This document shows positions 18,341 through 27,642 of a stretch of DNA of 49,560 nucleotides, piece after piece. Numbering within the stretch: position 1 is the first letter of the stretch; each line of letters begins with the position of its first letter. The notes under the pieces are model-generated. The model was not told the DNA's origin. It saw only the letters and a list, made by a program, of their open reading frames with translations, and did not search any database. The position numbers and the translations under genes were made by a program. The DNA lies in assembly GCA_049509455.1 (NCBI GenBank), contig JBEKZX010000007.1:1-49560 (forward strand). Reading direction: 5' to 3'. Source of the DNA: Conexivisphaerales archaeon. Its GTDB lineage: Archaea > Thermoproteota > Nitrososphaeria > Conexivisphaerales > DTJL01.

Positions 18341-19575
18341 AGGGGAAAGCCTCGGCGGTCTTCGGGATCTCGGCGGCGCCAGGTCATCGCATCGACTTGG
18401 ACCCAGCTCGTGCCCTGCTGGAGAAGGAGAGGCGGGGGCGGTTCGTCTCGGACCGACGTAAAGTGGAAGGAGGGACGCTGGTAGTTGGCGGCCTCGCTCA
18501 CTCCGCCAGCGAAATGATCATGCACGGCTGCATCGACGCAGAGCTCAATGGCGCCGGCGGCGTCGAAACGGCCTTAGACAATGGCGTCTCCGGTGAATTC
18601 GCGTTCGCCTCCCTCCAAGAAGGCTGCGTCTTGGCGGCCAGAGACCCGCTCGGCGCAAAGCCCCTCTACATGGGAACCGCCGCAGGGCTGGCCGTCGTCT
18701 CGACGGAACCCTCCGTCATCAGGGGATATTCCATGCAGCCCTCCCCGGCGGGGCCAGGAGACGTCATCAAAATGGAGCGAGGAGGCCTTGTGTCAAAAAG
18801 ATACTGTGGAGACTTGGTCGGGGAACCCTTCGAAGGGGACCTTGAAAGATCCTCACGAGCGGTGGGCGAGCTGCTCAAGGCGTCGCTCAGGACGCGAATC
18901 GGGGAAGCCGGAGCCGTGGGCGTAGCGTTCTCCGGTGGCCTCGACAGCTCCCTGCTGGCGCTCTTCGCCTCCGCGAAGCATCGTGTCCTTCTGGTCTCCG
19001 TCTTCGCCGGTGGCTCCAAGGACTCGTCTTCCGTGTCGAAGGCCGCCGACGAGATGGGGCTAGAGCTCTTGAAGGTCAGGGTGGGCATGATCGAAGTGGA
19101 GGGGGCCAGCCACGCGGCCCTAGACTCCGGCACCAGCTGGTCCCGCATGGACAAGGCCCTTTCGGCTGGCTTCTACCTTGCGTCGTCTGGGGCCAGGGAG
19201 CAGGGGATGGAGCTATTGCTCGCAGGACAGGGAGCCGACGAAATCTTCGGCGGCTACCACCGCCACCTGAGGCTCGCATCTCATGAACCTGGAAGGCTCA
19301 ATTCGCAGCTGGTCGACGAGCTTCCCCGCTTGGAGGTGGGTCTCCGGCGCGACGAACGGGCCATCGCTCGCGGAGGTTGCGAGGCCTCCTTCCCCTATGC
19401 CGATTTTCCGCTGGCCCGCTTCGCTCTCAGCCTTCCTTCCGACCATCTTATCTCAGGCGGCATCCGCAAGGTCGTCCTCCGGAGGCTTGCGGAAAAGTCG
19501 GGGCTTCCGGCCTCCATCGTCAACGCTGAGAAGAAGGCGTTCCAGTACAGCAGCGGCATCCAGGCTCTCCTCTAG
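18337..19575 (+). CDS. Asparagine-synthetase-like PP-loop amide ligase with degenerate glutaminase domain
   Basis: SGGLDSS, GQGADEIFGGY, FPYAD, KKAFQYSSG; ARDPLGAKPLY remnant but no N-terminal Cys. TTG start overlaps the hel308 stop. Confidence 0.85.
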   Translation: MKGKASAVFGISAAPGHRIDLDPARALLEKERRGRFVSDRRKVEGGTLVVGGLAHSASEMIMHGCIDAELNGAGGVETALDNGVSGEFAFASLQEGCVLAARDPLGAKPLYMGTAAGLAVVSTEPSVIRGYSMQPSPAGPGDVIKMERGGLVSKRYCGDLVGEPFEGDLERSSRAVGELLKASLRTRIGEAGAVGVAFSGGLDSSLLALFASAKHRVLLVSVFAGGSKDSSSVSKAADEMGLELLKVRVGMIEVEGASHAALDSGTSWSRMDKALSAGFYLASSGAREQGMELLLAGQGADEIFGGYHRHLRLASHEPGRLNSQLVDELPRLEVGLRRDERAIARGGCEASFPYADFPLARFALSLPSDHLISGGIRKVVLRRLAEKSGLPASIVNAEKKAFQYSSGIQALL

Positions 19576-19618
19576 CGGGCCTACGAGGGAGCCGTCAGGG
19601 AGGGACCTTCCGCACACT

Positions 19619-20353
19619 TTACCCTTTGGCCTGAAGCCCGCCGGCCTCACCTTCATCGAGGCTGGGCTGGCTCTCTGCAGGCACCCCCTTGAACGGCGAC
19701 GTCAAGGCCTTGACGATCTTCTCGGCCCTAGCCCTTCCCACTCCCGGAACCATGGCCAGCTGCGGCACGCCGGCAGCGAAGACGCCTCGCGGGGTTCCGA
19801 ATCGTTCTAGCAGCCTCTTCGCTAGGTTGGAGCCGACCCCCGGAAGCGAAGAGACGACGTAGACCTGCTGCTTGTGGAGCTCCGCGCTCTTCAGCGGCGC
19901 CTGGTAGATGATAGAGGGCCTAGCTTCGCCTTTCCTGCTCAAGCGGGCAGCCATGGCCTCCAGGGCCAGCGCCGTGTCGGCCGGAGAGGGAGTGAACAAT
20001 GTCTTGGCGTTGAATGTCAGCGTAAGGGCGGCCATCGCGCCGTAGTAGCTCTTGGGGTTGCGAGAAATCATGGAGATCTCGCCGGGGTCCCCCTCGACAA
20101 GGACGAAGGCGTTCGGGAAGGTCTTGGTCAGCTCATTCACCTGGTTGAAGAGCCTCCCGTCATACAGGGAGGAAACGAAGTCCATGACGCTCTTCCTCTC
20201 CACGGCCGTGCTGGGGGACAGGATGTAGTCGCCAAGCTTCAGCTGGCTGAAGTCCACGGCGACCCCCAGCTCGAGAAGCTCCTGGGGGACCCCGCTGGCC
20301 CTCTCCCTTTCATCACAGACTATCCTTAGCCGCGCTTCGGTCAACTCATCCAC
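19619..20353 (-). CDS. xpf: Short XPF/ERCC4 structure-specific endonuclease
   Basis: CDERE, LGDYI, VERKS..DF..S..DGRLFNQ nuclease motifs plus tandem HhH (LPGVG, VPGVG). Confidence 0.94.
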   Translation of the reverse strand: MDELTEARLRIVCDERERASGVPQELLELGVAVDFSQLKLGDYILSPSTAVERKSVMDFVSSLYDGRLFNQVNELTKTFPNAFVLVEGDPGEISMISRNPKSYYGAMAALTLTFNAKTLFTPSPADTALALEAMAARLSRKGEARPSIIYQAPLKSAELHKQQVYVVSSLPGVGSNLAKRLLERFGTPRGVFAAGVPQLAMVPGVGRARAEKIVKALTSPFKGVPAESQPSLDEGEAGGLQAKG

Positions 20354-21539
20354 CCAATCCCTTGACCAGCAGCTTGTACTCTCTCTCCAGGGCGTTGGCG
20401 GCCTTTTCGTCTAGGCCTCCCCGCTCGCAGACCCTGCGGAGAAGGGATGGATCGCGGCCGTATATGAGGACCGCCGAATGCAAGAAGTAAGCCGCGGCGT
20501 CGGCCCTCGAAACGTGGTATCGCCTGGCGAGGTAGAGTTCGAAGGCCCTTAGGTAGCGGCCGTCGTTCCATATCCTGATCTTCACCGGCCACGCTATGTC
20601 GTCGGAGACGTAGCCCGAATGGAGCCCGAAGAGGGCGCCAGCCAGGAGCTGGTCGAAGTATCGGAGCTGCCTCCACCTTTGGGTGCGCAATATGTGGCCG
20701 AGGAGGACGTTCGCCTCCGTCAAGGCCCGCAGGGCCTCCCTCTTCCGCTCCAGAGGGATGTCGGCCGCCACGATGGAGGTGAATGCCGCCTGGAGCCTCT
20801 CGTCGGGCTGGCCGTCGCATTCTCGGAGGGCCTTGACAGCATCCTCGCGCCGGGAGGCGGACGTGGCCACGCCGATGGCCTCCGGAAGACCCACCTGTTG
20901 GTTGCGCATGGTCTCGACGGGCTTTCCCGAAAGGAAGGCCGACTGGATGTTGTTTATGGCCGCCCGGACGTCTCCTCTGGCCCCTATGACGGCCCGGAGA
21001 ACGGCTTCGTCGGAAAGCTTAGCGCCTTCGCGGCCGAGGATGTCCCGGATGTACATCTCCAGCAGCCTCTCCGAAACACGCCTCATGGGCATCGTCACGG
21101 AGATCTTCGAGAGCTTCTTCACCTGCTCCACCTCTCCGAAGTTGGCCGCCATGGCCACGGGCAGAGTCATCTCGCCCACCGTGTCAAGCACGAACTCCAG
21201 CCCTCCGAAGTCGGCACGGCCGAAGAGGCCGTCCACCTCGTCCAGGAAGAGGAGCCGTTTCTCATCGACTAGGCTTTCCGAAGCGAGCGCGCCCAGCCTC
21301 CCCTGAAGGGCCTCCTTGGTGCGCAGATCGCTGGCGTTGAGCTCTATCACAAAGTACCCCAGCTGGGCCGCCGTCACGTGGACGAGGGTAGTCTTCCCGG
21401 TGCCGGGGGGTCCCACGAGGAGCGCAGGCTTGGCGCCCTGCTCCCAACCCTCCAGCCAGGAGAAGAACCTGCCGCGGATGTCCTCGTTGCCCACCATCTC
21501 TGACACCTTCCCCGGCCTATACTTTTCGACCCACATCAA
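20346..21539 (-). CDS. rfcL: Replication factor C large subunit (compact, 397 aa)
   Basis: WVEKYRP, GPPGTGKT, IELNASDLR, LDEVDG, GDVRAAIN. Confidence 0.9.
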   Translation of the reverse strand: MMWVEKYRPGKVSEMVGNEDIRGRFFSWLEGWEQGAKPALLVGPPGTGKTTLVHVTAAQLGYFVIELNASDLRTKEALQGRLGALASESLVDEKRLLFLDEVDGLFGRADFGGLEFVLDTVGEMTLPVAMAANFGEVEQVKKLSKISVTMPMRRVSERLLEMYIRDILGREGAKLSDEAVLRAVIGARGDVRAAINNIQSAFLSGKPVETMRNQQVGLPEAIGVATSASRREDAVKALRECDGQPDERLQAAFTSIVAADIPLERKREALRALTEANVLLGHILRTQRWRQLRYFDQLLAGALFGLHSGYVSDDIAWPVKIRIWNDGRYLRAFELYLARRYHVSRADAAAYFLHSAVLIYGRDPSLLRRVCERGGLDEKAANALEREYKLLVKGLGG

Positions 21540-21545
21540 ATCAGG

Positions 21546-22397
21546 TCAACCCCTCAGGAGGCCCTGCAGGATGAAGCCCACCATGCCCGTGAACATGCCT
21601 ATGAGCGCGAACCTCTTCGCCTGGCGGGCGTCCTCCTTCCCGTTCCTCCGGACGACGAAGTAGGCCAGGTAAATGAAGAGGATGTCGGTGGCACCTATGA
21701 CCAAGTCGTAGGCCACCGAGGTTTTCAGAAGAAGCGGCGGGACCAAGCTGCTTCCCACGGCGGCCAGGAAGAAGGCGGCGCCCACGGCTCCGGCCAGTTT
21801 CTCTCCGTTGGTCCTGGCGATGCTCCTGACGTGCCGGAGGGAGTCTCCCTCCACATCCGTTATCCCCTTGACCACCTCCCTCCCGACGCCGGCTAGGAAG
21901 GCGGTGAGAGCCATCATGTCCAGGAGGGGGTTCCACTTCAGCCCCTCGCCGAGGACGCCTCCGTACATGAACGGTATCATCATGGAGAGGGCCACGGCGA
22001 TGTTACCTGAGAAGCCCCTCTCCTTCAGCTTCCAGTTATAGAGCGTGGCGACGCCGGCGAAGGCGGCGGCGATGGCGAAGGTGCTCATCCCCGAATAGGC
22101 CGAAGCGACGAGGCCGGCGGCCAGCAGAAGGAGGGAGAGGACCTCCGCTCCTAACATGGAGACGGTGCCCATGACGAGTGGCCTCTTCGCCCCGTTGGCC
22201 CTGTCCACGTCGAAGTCCAGCAAGTCGTTGATGACCATCGAGAAGGCCGTTATGAAGACCCCCGTCATGTAGCCGGCGACGGTGCCGAGGTCCAGCCGGA
22301 TCGTCGATATGGCCACCGCTTCGCCCACGAGCACTGCGAGGCCGATCATCAGGGAGTTGACGGGCCTTGTGATGGCAATGTAGCCTGATACGGTCAA
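21546..22397 (-). CDS. UbiA prenyltransferase, probably digeranylgeranylglyceryl-phosphate synthase
   Basis: ITRPVN, INDLLDFDVDRAN..KRPL, REVVKGITDVEGD Asp-rich motifs; multiple TM helices. Confidence 0.88.
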   Translation of the reverse strand: MTVSGYIAITRPVNSLMIGLAVLVGEAVAISTIRLDLGTVAGYMTGVFITAFSMVINDLLDFDVDRANGAKRPLVMGTVSMLGAEVLSLLLLAAGLVASAYSGMSTFAIAAAFAGVATLYNWKLKERGFSGNIAVALSMMIPFMYGGVLGEGLKWNPLLDMMALTAFLAGVGREVVKGITDVEGDSLRHVRSIARTNGEKLAGAVGAAFFLAAVGSSLVPPLLLKTSVAYDLVIGATDILFIYLAYFVVRRNGKEDARQAKRFALIGMFTGMVGFILQGLLRG

Positions 22398-22984
22398 GGG
22401 CCTTCGAACACCATCTTCGAGGCCCTATAATAAATCGCTTCTCCGCGTCTCTCCACCACCGCGATGATGGGCTCCTTGCCCATCCTGTAGACGGTGTCGA
22501 TGATCTTCTGCAGCCTTGACATCCTGACGTCGCCGCCTTCGTTGATGGGGATGACCACGTACTTCGCCGGATTCTTGCCGTACTCCCCTCTGGGGTAGAT
22601 CCTTAGGTCGGCCGCCAGGCTGTAGCCTTCCCGGACGACATATCCTCGGCTTCGCAGGTCCCTGTAGACCAGGAACTTGGTCCAGCCCATGGAGTTCTCA
22701 GCGAGGGACCTCTTCACGAGGTCTTCGAAGGAGACCTCCTTGGTCCGGGGCCCCTTGACCGACAGCCAGCCGAGCCTCACAAGATGGAGGGCTTCGTAGA
22801 GCTTCAGGGAGAGCAGCTTTCCCTCCCTGTCGCCGTAGCCCTTCCGTGAGAGCTCCCCGACGATGGCTTCGTCGTCGATGGACACCGTGTGCCTGACGAG
22901 GCGACCCTCGAACTTGCGCGAGAACTGCTCGCCACCTGCCTCCGTCCCCAGGAACTCTCCTTCCTCCGATTCGCCCTCCGCCAT
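22394..22984 (-). CDS. endA: tRNA splicing endonuclease, probably the structural (non-catalytic) subunit
   Basis: VYRDLRSRGYVVREGY..AADLRIYPRG..., IIAVVERRGEAIYY; the KYG Tyr motif and catalytic His are not evident. Start trimmed to ATG 22984. Confidence 0.85.
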   Translation of the reverse strand: MAEGESEEGEFLGTEAGGEQFSRKFEGRLVRHTVSIDDEAIVGELSRKGYGDREGKLLSLKLYEALHLVRLGWLSVKGPRTKEVSFEDLVKRSLAENSMGWTKFLVYRDLRSRGYVVREGYSLAADLRIYPRGEYGKNPAKYVVIPINEGGDVRMSRLQKIIDTVYRMGKEPIIAVVERRGEAIYYRASKMVFEGP

Positions 22985-23031
22985 GACCGGCTTCGGACTT
23001 CCCTTCAGGCCATAATAAACTCTCGTACGGC

Positions 23032-25854
23032 CTAGCCCTTTACCACGCCCATGGGGGTGAGCCGGGCGACCTTTTCGGCCAGCCCCACCGCGTGCGTAAC
23101 CTCCACTACCCTGTCGACGTCTTTGTAGGCGAGTGGTGCCTCCTCCGTCACGGTCTCCCGGCTGGCTGCCCTGACCAGTATCCCCTTCTCCTGGAGTGTC
23201 CACAGGAGCTCTTCATAACCGTAGGCCCTCTTTGCTGCGGCCCTGCTCATGGAGCGGCCCGCTCCGTGGGCGGCCGTCCCGAAGCTCATCTCCATGCTCT
23301 TCTTGGTCCCCTTCAGCACCCAAGAGGAGGTCCCCATGCTCCCCGGGATGAGCACCGGCTGACCGATGTTGCGGTACTCCTCGGTGAGGTACGGAGAGCC
23401 CGGAGGGAAGGCCCTAGTGGCACCCTTTCGGTGGACGTAGACCTTGCGCCTGACGCCGTCTACGTCATGCTCCTCAAGCTTCACGATGTTGTGGGCGACG
23501 TCGTAGATCACGTGCATATCCAGCTTCTCCGCGTCGGTCTTGAACACCTTCTCGAACCCTTCGCGGACCCAATGGGTGATCATCTGGCGGTTAGCCCAGG
23601 CGAAGTTCGCGGCGCAGGCCATGGCGCCCAGGTAGTCCTCCGTCTCCTTCGCAGTCACGGGCCCAGCAGCCAACTCTCTGTCGGGCAGATGAATCCCTAC
23701 CTTGGGCATGAGCACCTCCATCACGCGGAGATAGTCGCTGCAGACCTGATGGCCGAATCCCCTGCTTCCGGTGTGTATGAGGACGAGGACCTGGTCCTTC
23801 CGGGCCATGCCCATGGCCTGGGCCGCTTCTTCGTCGAATATGCTGTCGACGGTCTCGATCTCCATGAAATGGTTTCCGCTGCCCAGTGTGCCCAGCTGGC
23901 CCGCGCCCCTCTTCAGCGCCGTGGGTGATACCTTCTCGGGCTTTGAAGAGACGAGCTTCCCCCCCTCCTCGGCGTGCCTTGCGTCGTCGTCCCAACCGTA
24001 GCCCTTCGCTACGGCCCATTCCACCCCTCCCGAGGTGACGTTGAACAGCTCGCTGTGGGAGACGCGGAGCTGCCCTTCGCTCCCGACTCCGCTCGGCACC
24101 ATCCTGAACAGCGTGTCCAGGAGGAGAGGGAGGTGTGGTCGGACGTCTGCCTGCGAAAGGTTGGTCCTGATGAGACGGACGCCGCAGTTCGACACCACGA
24201 AGCCGTCGGCGGCGAAGTTGTGGGCTTCGTCGTCCACCGTAATGTCGCAGACGACGCCGTCGTAATCATCCACTTCGACTTCGGTCACTACATCCCAAAT
24301 GACCTCTTCTTCTAAGGAGTCCTCCAGCCATGCCTCGAAGGCCGGGAGCAGCTGGCCCATATCCCTTCCCTCGCAGGTGCTCCTCTCCATGGATCCAGAA
24401 TCAACGGACGGAGATCTCACGACCCCCACGAGCGAAGTGATGTATTGGCTCCCGTCGTAGAGCTCGGACGCCAACAGGGGAACATCCTCCCTTCTGGCGA
24501 CGACCGAGGCTTTCCACTTCAACCAGCTGTGTGCCGCAGCGGCTAGCCTCTGTTTTCGAGGGTCGTAAGCGTAGCCGACCCTTGACCAGAGGTTCTGAAG
24601 AGACGTCGTCCCCTCCGAAAGCCGTAGCTCGAGGCTGACCTTCCCTCCGGTATCCTCCCGCCGGATGCCGCAGGGCTCCACGCCCAGCTCTCTGAAGAGC
24701 CCCGACAGCCCTTTCAGAAACACGATGCCGCTCCCCGCAGCCTCCGGCGTCTTCGTAGTAGAAATGACGGGCGGCTTGAAGTTGTAGCCGTCGACGGTCT
24801 GAGGTCCATCCATGCCCGCCCCGCAGTAGGCGGCCAGGAAGAGCCGTTTCATCCAGAGGGGGAGCGTGACGAGCCAGCTGGGGACTTCATATTCGCATTC
24901 CGCCTTGTCCCCGTGGGGGGCGCCCAGCTTTTCCAACAATTCCTTGAAACTCCCACCCGAGACGCAGACCGAACACTCTTTGCCGTCCGCCAATGAAGGC
25001 TTGCCCGTCTGGACGACCCTCGAAGGCGCGTATCCGACGGACTCAATGTCCCGCTTGAGCTCGTCCATCCCGTTCAAGGTCCCGTAGAACCAGGTCTTCT
25101 CTCCGTCGAAGGCGCCCTTCTCCATGAAATAGCCCAGTAGCTTCAGCATGAAAGGAAGGCCGGTGCTGTCCGCCTGAAGCGGGAGGAGGCCTCTTTCCGA
25201 AAGCTCGGCGCCCACGGAAGGCCTGAAATCGGCCTCCCGGAGGATCAAGTGGGAGCCGGGCCTCACGAAGTCGGCGCCCACGAAGGGATGCGTCCCGACC
25301 ACGTCGCCGGGGTGGATGAGACCAGAGTACTTCATCCCGCCCGGCGTCAGGATAGGATGGTCGCGCGTGGCCCTAAGATCGAGGCCAGACCGGGTCCTGA
25401 TCCTGACGAGCTGCTTTTCACCTCTCGACATCGTCAGGGCGATCCTGGTGGGCTTGGCCAAAAAGGAGCTAAAGGAAATGACCCCGTCGCCCACACAAAG
25501 CTCCTCGATGGGGATGCGATAGCCCAAAGGCGTGAGCACGCGCGTCCCGGAAGGGAGGCAGTTAATGTCATATCCTACTCCCCCAGGAGATATCACGCCT
25601 TCCTCGTCGTCAACGGCCGCGACGCCTCCTATGGGAAAGCCGTACCCTTCGTGCGCGTCGGGCATGGCAAAGGCGCTCTTGTATATCCCGGGCAGGGTTG
25701 CCACATTGGCAGCCTGGAACAGGGAGCGGTCGGTCTTCATCTTGGCCAGGAGCACGTCGTCGGCGAATATCCTCGCCGGGACCCTCATGTCCTCTCGGTA
25801 GATCTTGGGGATTTCCCAGATGTTCTCGGCCACCTTCACCAACGGGACGCTCAA
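23032..25854 (-). CDS. rtcB: RNA-splicing ligase RtcB interrupted by an intein
   Basis: MPDAHEGYGFPIGG, GYDIN|intein|CGVRL, GSGNHF, HTGSRG, HRKGAT, HGAGR. Probable start TTG 25854. Confidence 0.96.
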   Translation of the reverse strand: MSVPLVKVAENIWEIPKIYREDMRVPARIFADDVLLAKMKTDRSLFQAANVATLPGIYKSAFAMPDAHEGYGFPIGGVAAVDDEEGVISPGGVGYDINCLPSGTRVLTPLGYRIPIEELCVGDGVISFSSFLAKPTRIALTMSRGEKQLVRIRTRSGLDLRATRDHPILTPGGMKYSGLIHPGDVVGTHPFVGADFVRPGSHLILREADFRPSVGAELSERGLLPLQADSTGLPFMLKLLGYFMEKGAFDGEKTWFYGTLNGMDELKRDIESVGYAPSRVVQTGKPSLADGKECSVCVSGGSFKELLEKLGAPHGDKAECEYEVPSWLVTLPLWMKRLFLAAYCGAGMDGPQTVDGYNFKPPVISTTKTPEAAGSGIVFLKGLSGLFRELGVEPCGIRREDTGGKVSLELRLSEGTTSLQNLWSRVGYAYDPRKQRLAAAAHSWLKWKASVVARREDVPLLASELYDGSQYITSLVGVVRSPSVDSGSMERSTCEGRDMGQLLPAFEAWLEDSLEEEVIWDVVTEVEVDDYDGVVCDITVDDEAHNFAADGFVVSNCGVRLIRTNLSQADVRPHLPLLLDTLFRMVPSGVGSEGQLRVSHSELFNVTSGGVEWAVAKGYGWDDDARHAEEGGKLVSSKPEKVSPTALKRGAGQLGTLGSGNHFMEIETVDSIFDEEAAQAMGMARKDQVLVLIHTGSRGFGHQVCSDYLRVMEVLMPKVGIHLPDRELAAGPVTAKETEDYLGAMACAANFAWANRQMITHWVREGFEKVFKTDAEKLDMHVIYDVAHNIVKLEEHDVDGVRRKVYVHRKGATRAFPPGSPYLTEEYRNIGQPVLIPGSMGTSSWVLKGTKKSMEMSFGTAAHGAGRSMSRAAAKRAYGYEELLWTLQEKGILVRAASRETVTEEAPLAYKDVDRVVEVTHAVGLAEKVARLTPMGVVKG
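24187..25560 (-). mobile_element. Intein (458 aa) with a degenerate LAGLIDADG homing endonuclease
   Basis: Block A CLPSGTRV, block B TRDH, blocks C/E LLGYFMEKG and FLAAYCGAG, blocks F/G DITV..HNFAADGFVVSN followed by Cys+1. Confidence 0.95.
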
Positions 25855-25975
25855 TGCTGTTTGAATCTCTCTGACCCGGGCCCGGCAATCAAAATGACAT
25901 GCTCGGACCCTTGAATGGTCTAACCTCAACTTCATCGGAGATTTGTATTTAAGTTGTACGGACCTTTGCCTCCGG

Positions 25976-27100
25976 CTATCCCAACTGAAGGGCGACCCGC
26001 AAGGTCTCGTCGCGGCTCTTCAGCCCTGAGCCCGTCAGGACGACGACGGTGTCTCGCTCAGCGGACCCCTGTTCTTTCCTCTTCTTCAAGCAGGCATAGG
26101 CCACCGCCGACGAAGGCTCCACATAGAATCCCTTCTTCGCCAGCTCCTTCCAGGCCTTCAGTATCTCCGCTTCGGTGGCGGCCTCCGCGTCGCCACCAGC
26201 CTCCTTCAGCCTGGACACCATGTGATTCAGCAGTGGAGGCGAGATCGATACCAGCGCGTCAGCTATCGTCTTAGTGGCAGATGGTGGGCTGTAAGACCTC
26301 CCAGTCATCTTGGAATAGAGAGGAGAGACGGACAGCGACTGGCAGGCTACGACGTGCGGAAGCTCGCGCACGGCTCCGGAGGACCTCAGATGTTGCACGC
26401 CCTCCAAGAAACCCAGCAAGAGGGTTCCCGCAGACACGGGGAGGAAGACCGACTCAGGGAGGCGTCTCCCGCTCTGCTCGAAGAGCTCATATGCCAGCGT
26501 CCTCATCCCGTCCCTAAAGAAAGGATGCCAGATGTGTCCTACGTAGACGCTTCCCCCTTTCTCGGCCTGGGCGGCCTTGGTTACATAACCCCTCGACCCC
26601 TGTACCCTCACCATACTGGCGCCATACATCTGGATCTGCAGTGCCTTGGGGCCCGACACGGCCGCAGGGACGTACACTTCGCACTTGATGCCGGCCCTGG
26701 CGCTGTAGGCGGCGATGCTGGCCCCTGCGTTGCCGGAGGAGTCCTCCTTGACGAGGCCAACGTGCCTCCTGAGTAGCTCCTGCCTGATTCCCGACAAGAG
26801 CGCGCAGGACCCGCGGTCCTTGAAGGAGCCCGTCGGGAGGAGGTATTCGAGCTTGTAGGACGCGTCGTCTCCCTTTACCAGCGGAGTCTCGGATTCGCCA
26901 AGGCTCACCAAGTCGGCGGCGTCAAGGTAGGGATACTGCGACGAAAATCTTCCGAACGTGCTTCCGCTCCGGGTAGGCGAGCCATAATCCACTCTAACCT
27001 TGGTCTCCAACGGCCCTCTGCACTCACACCGCCAAGACAAGGGGTCCTTCGTGGCGCGGCCACAGTCAATGCAAGATGTAGCCCAGGTCATAGAGGTCAT
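25976..27100 (-). CDS. Threonine-synthase-like fold-type II PLP enzyme
   Basis: N-terminal CxxC/CxC, PTGSFKDRG (PLP Lys), SSGNAG, PVSAGTLLLG, EPSSA, LTGSGLK. Confidence 0.88.
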   Translation of the reverse strand: MTSMTWATSCIDCGRATKDPLSWRCECRGPLETKVRVDYGSPTRSGSTFGRFSSQYPYLDAADLVSLGESETPLVKGDDASYKLEYLLPTGSFKDRGSCALLSGIRQELLRRHVGLVKEDSSGNAGASIAAYSARAGIKCEVYVPAAVSGPKALQIQMYGASMVRVQGSRGYVTKAAQAEKGGSVYVGHIWHPFFRDGMRTLAYELFEQSGRRLPESVFLPVSAGTLLLGFLEGVQHLRSSGAVRELPHVVACQSLSVSPLYSKMTGRSYSPPSATKTIADALVSISPPLLNHMVSRLKEAGGDAEAATEAEILKAWKELAKKGFYVEPSSAVAYACLKKRKEQGSAERDTVVVLTGSGLKSRDETLRVALQLG

Positions 27101-27133
27101 TGAGGAGAGAGCCCCCTCTTTAGCCTTGCCGGG

Positions 27134-27544
27134 TCAGGCCAGACCCGCCAGGTCGGTCTCCAAAGGCTTCCGCACGTCAAAACCCTCTCTCCTTCCGTGC
27201 CAGTAGGAGACCTTGGTCTCGCCCACTCGCCAGCAGAGCCACACCTCCTCGCCGAAACGCTTAGCAGGGAAGTCAACTAAACCGTGTGCCAGATCCTTCA
27301 GGGCGCACCCCAGTTCCTCCAGATTCTCGACGGACCTATGCATGTCGCTGAGGGCTTTGTTTAGCCTTTTCTTGGCCTCTAGGAACTCAAGCAGGTTGGA
27401 GTCGTCAGCGAGAGAGCGCTCGAGGTCCTTTGTTAGGCGGACGACGGCCTCGTTGGCGATGGTCACCACCCTCAGCCTCTTTTCGACTTCAGGGAGGATC
27501 CCGTCCACCTCCTCAGGGGTGAAGTACTTCGCTCTCATCGGCAA
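27134..27544 (-). CDS. DUF2203-family protein
   Basis: YFTPEE..LP, LKDL..GLVDFP, VWLCWRVGE..V.YWH...GF..RKPL. Confidence 0.85.
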   Translation of the reverse strand: MPMRAKYFTPEEVDGILPEVEKRLRVVTIANEAVVRLTKDLERSLADDSNLLEFLEAKKRLNKALSDMHRSVENLEELGCALKDLAHGLVDFPAKRFGEEVWLCWRVGETKVSYWHGRREGFDVRKPLETDLAGLA

Positions 27545-27642
27545 ACTCTAAGAGGACCGGCCGCATCCGGTTCTTTATCCTTTGTCGTCGAAATTCACCC
27601 GTTATAGGAGAAAGGATATAATATTGTGAGATAAGTCGGTGC

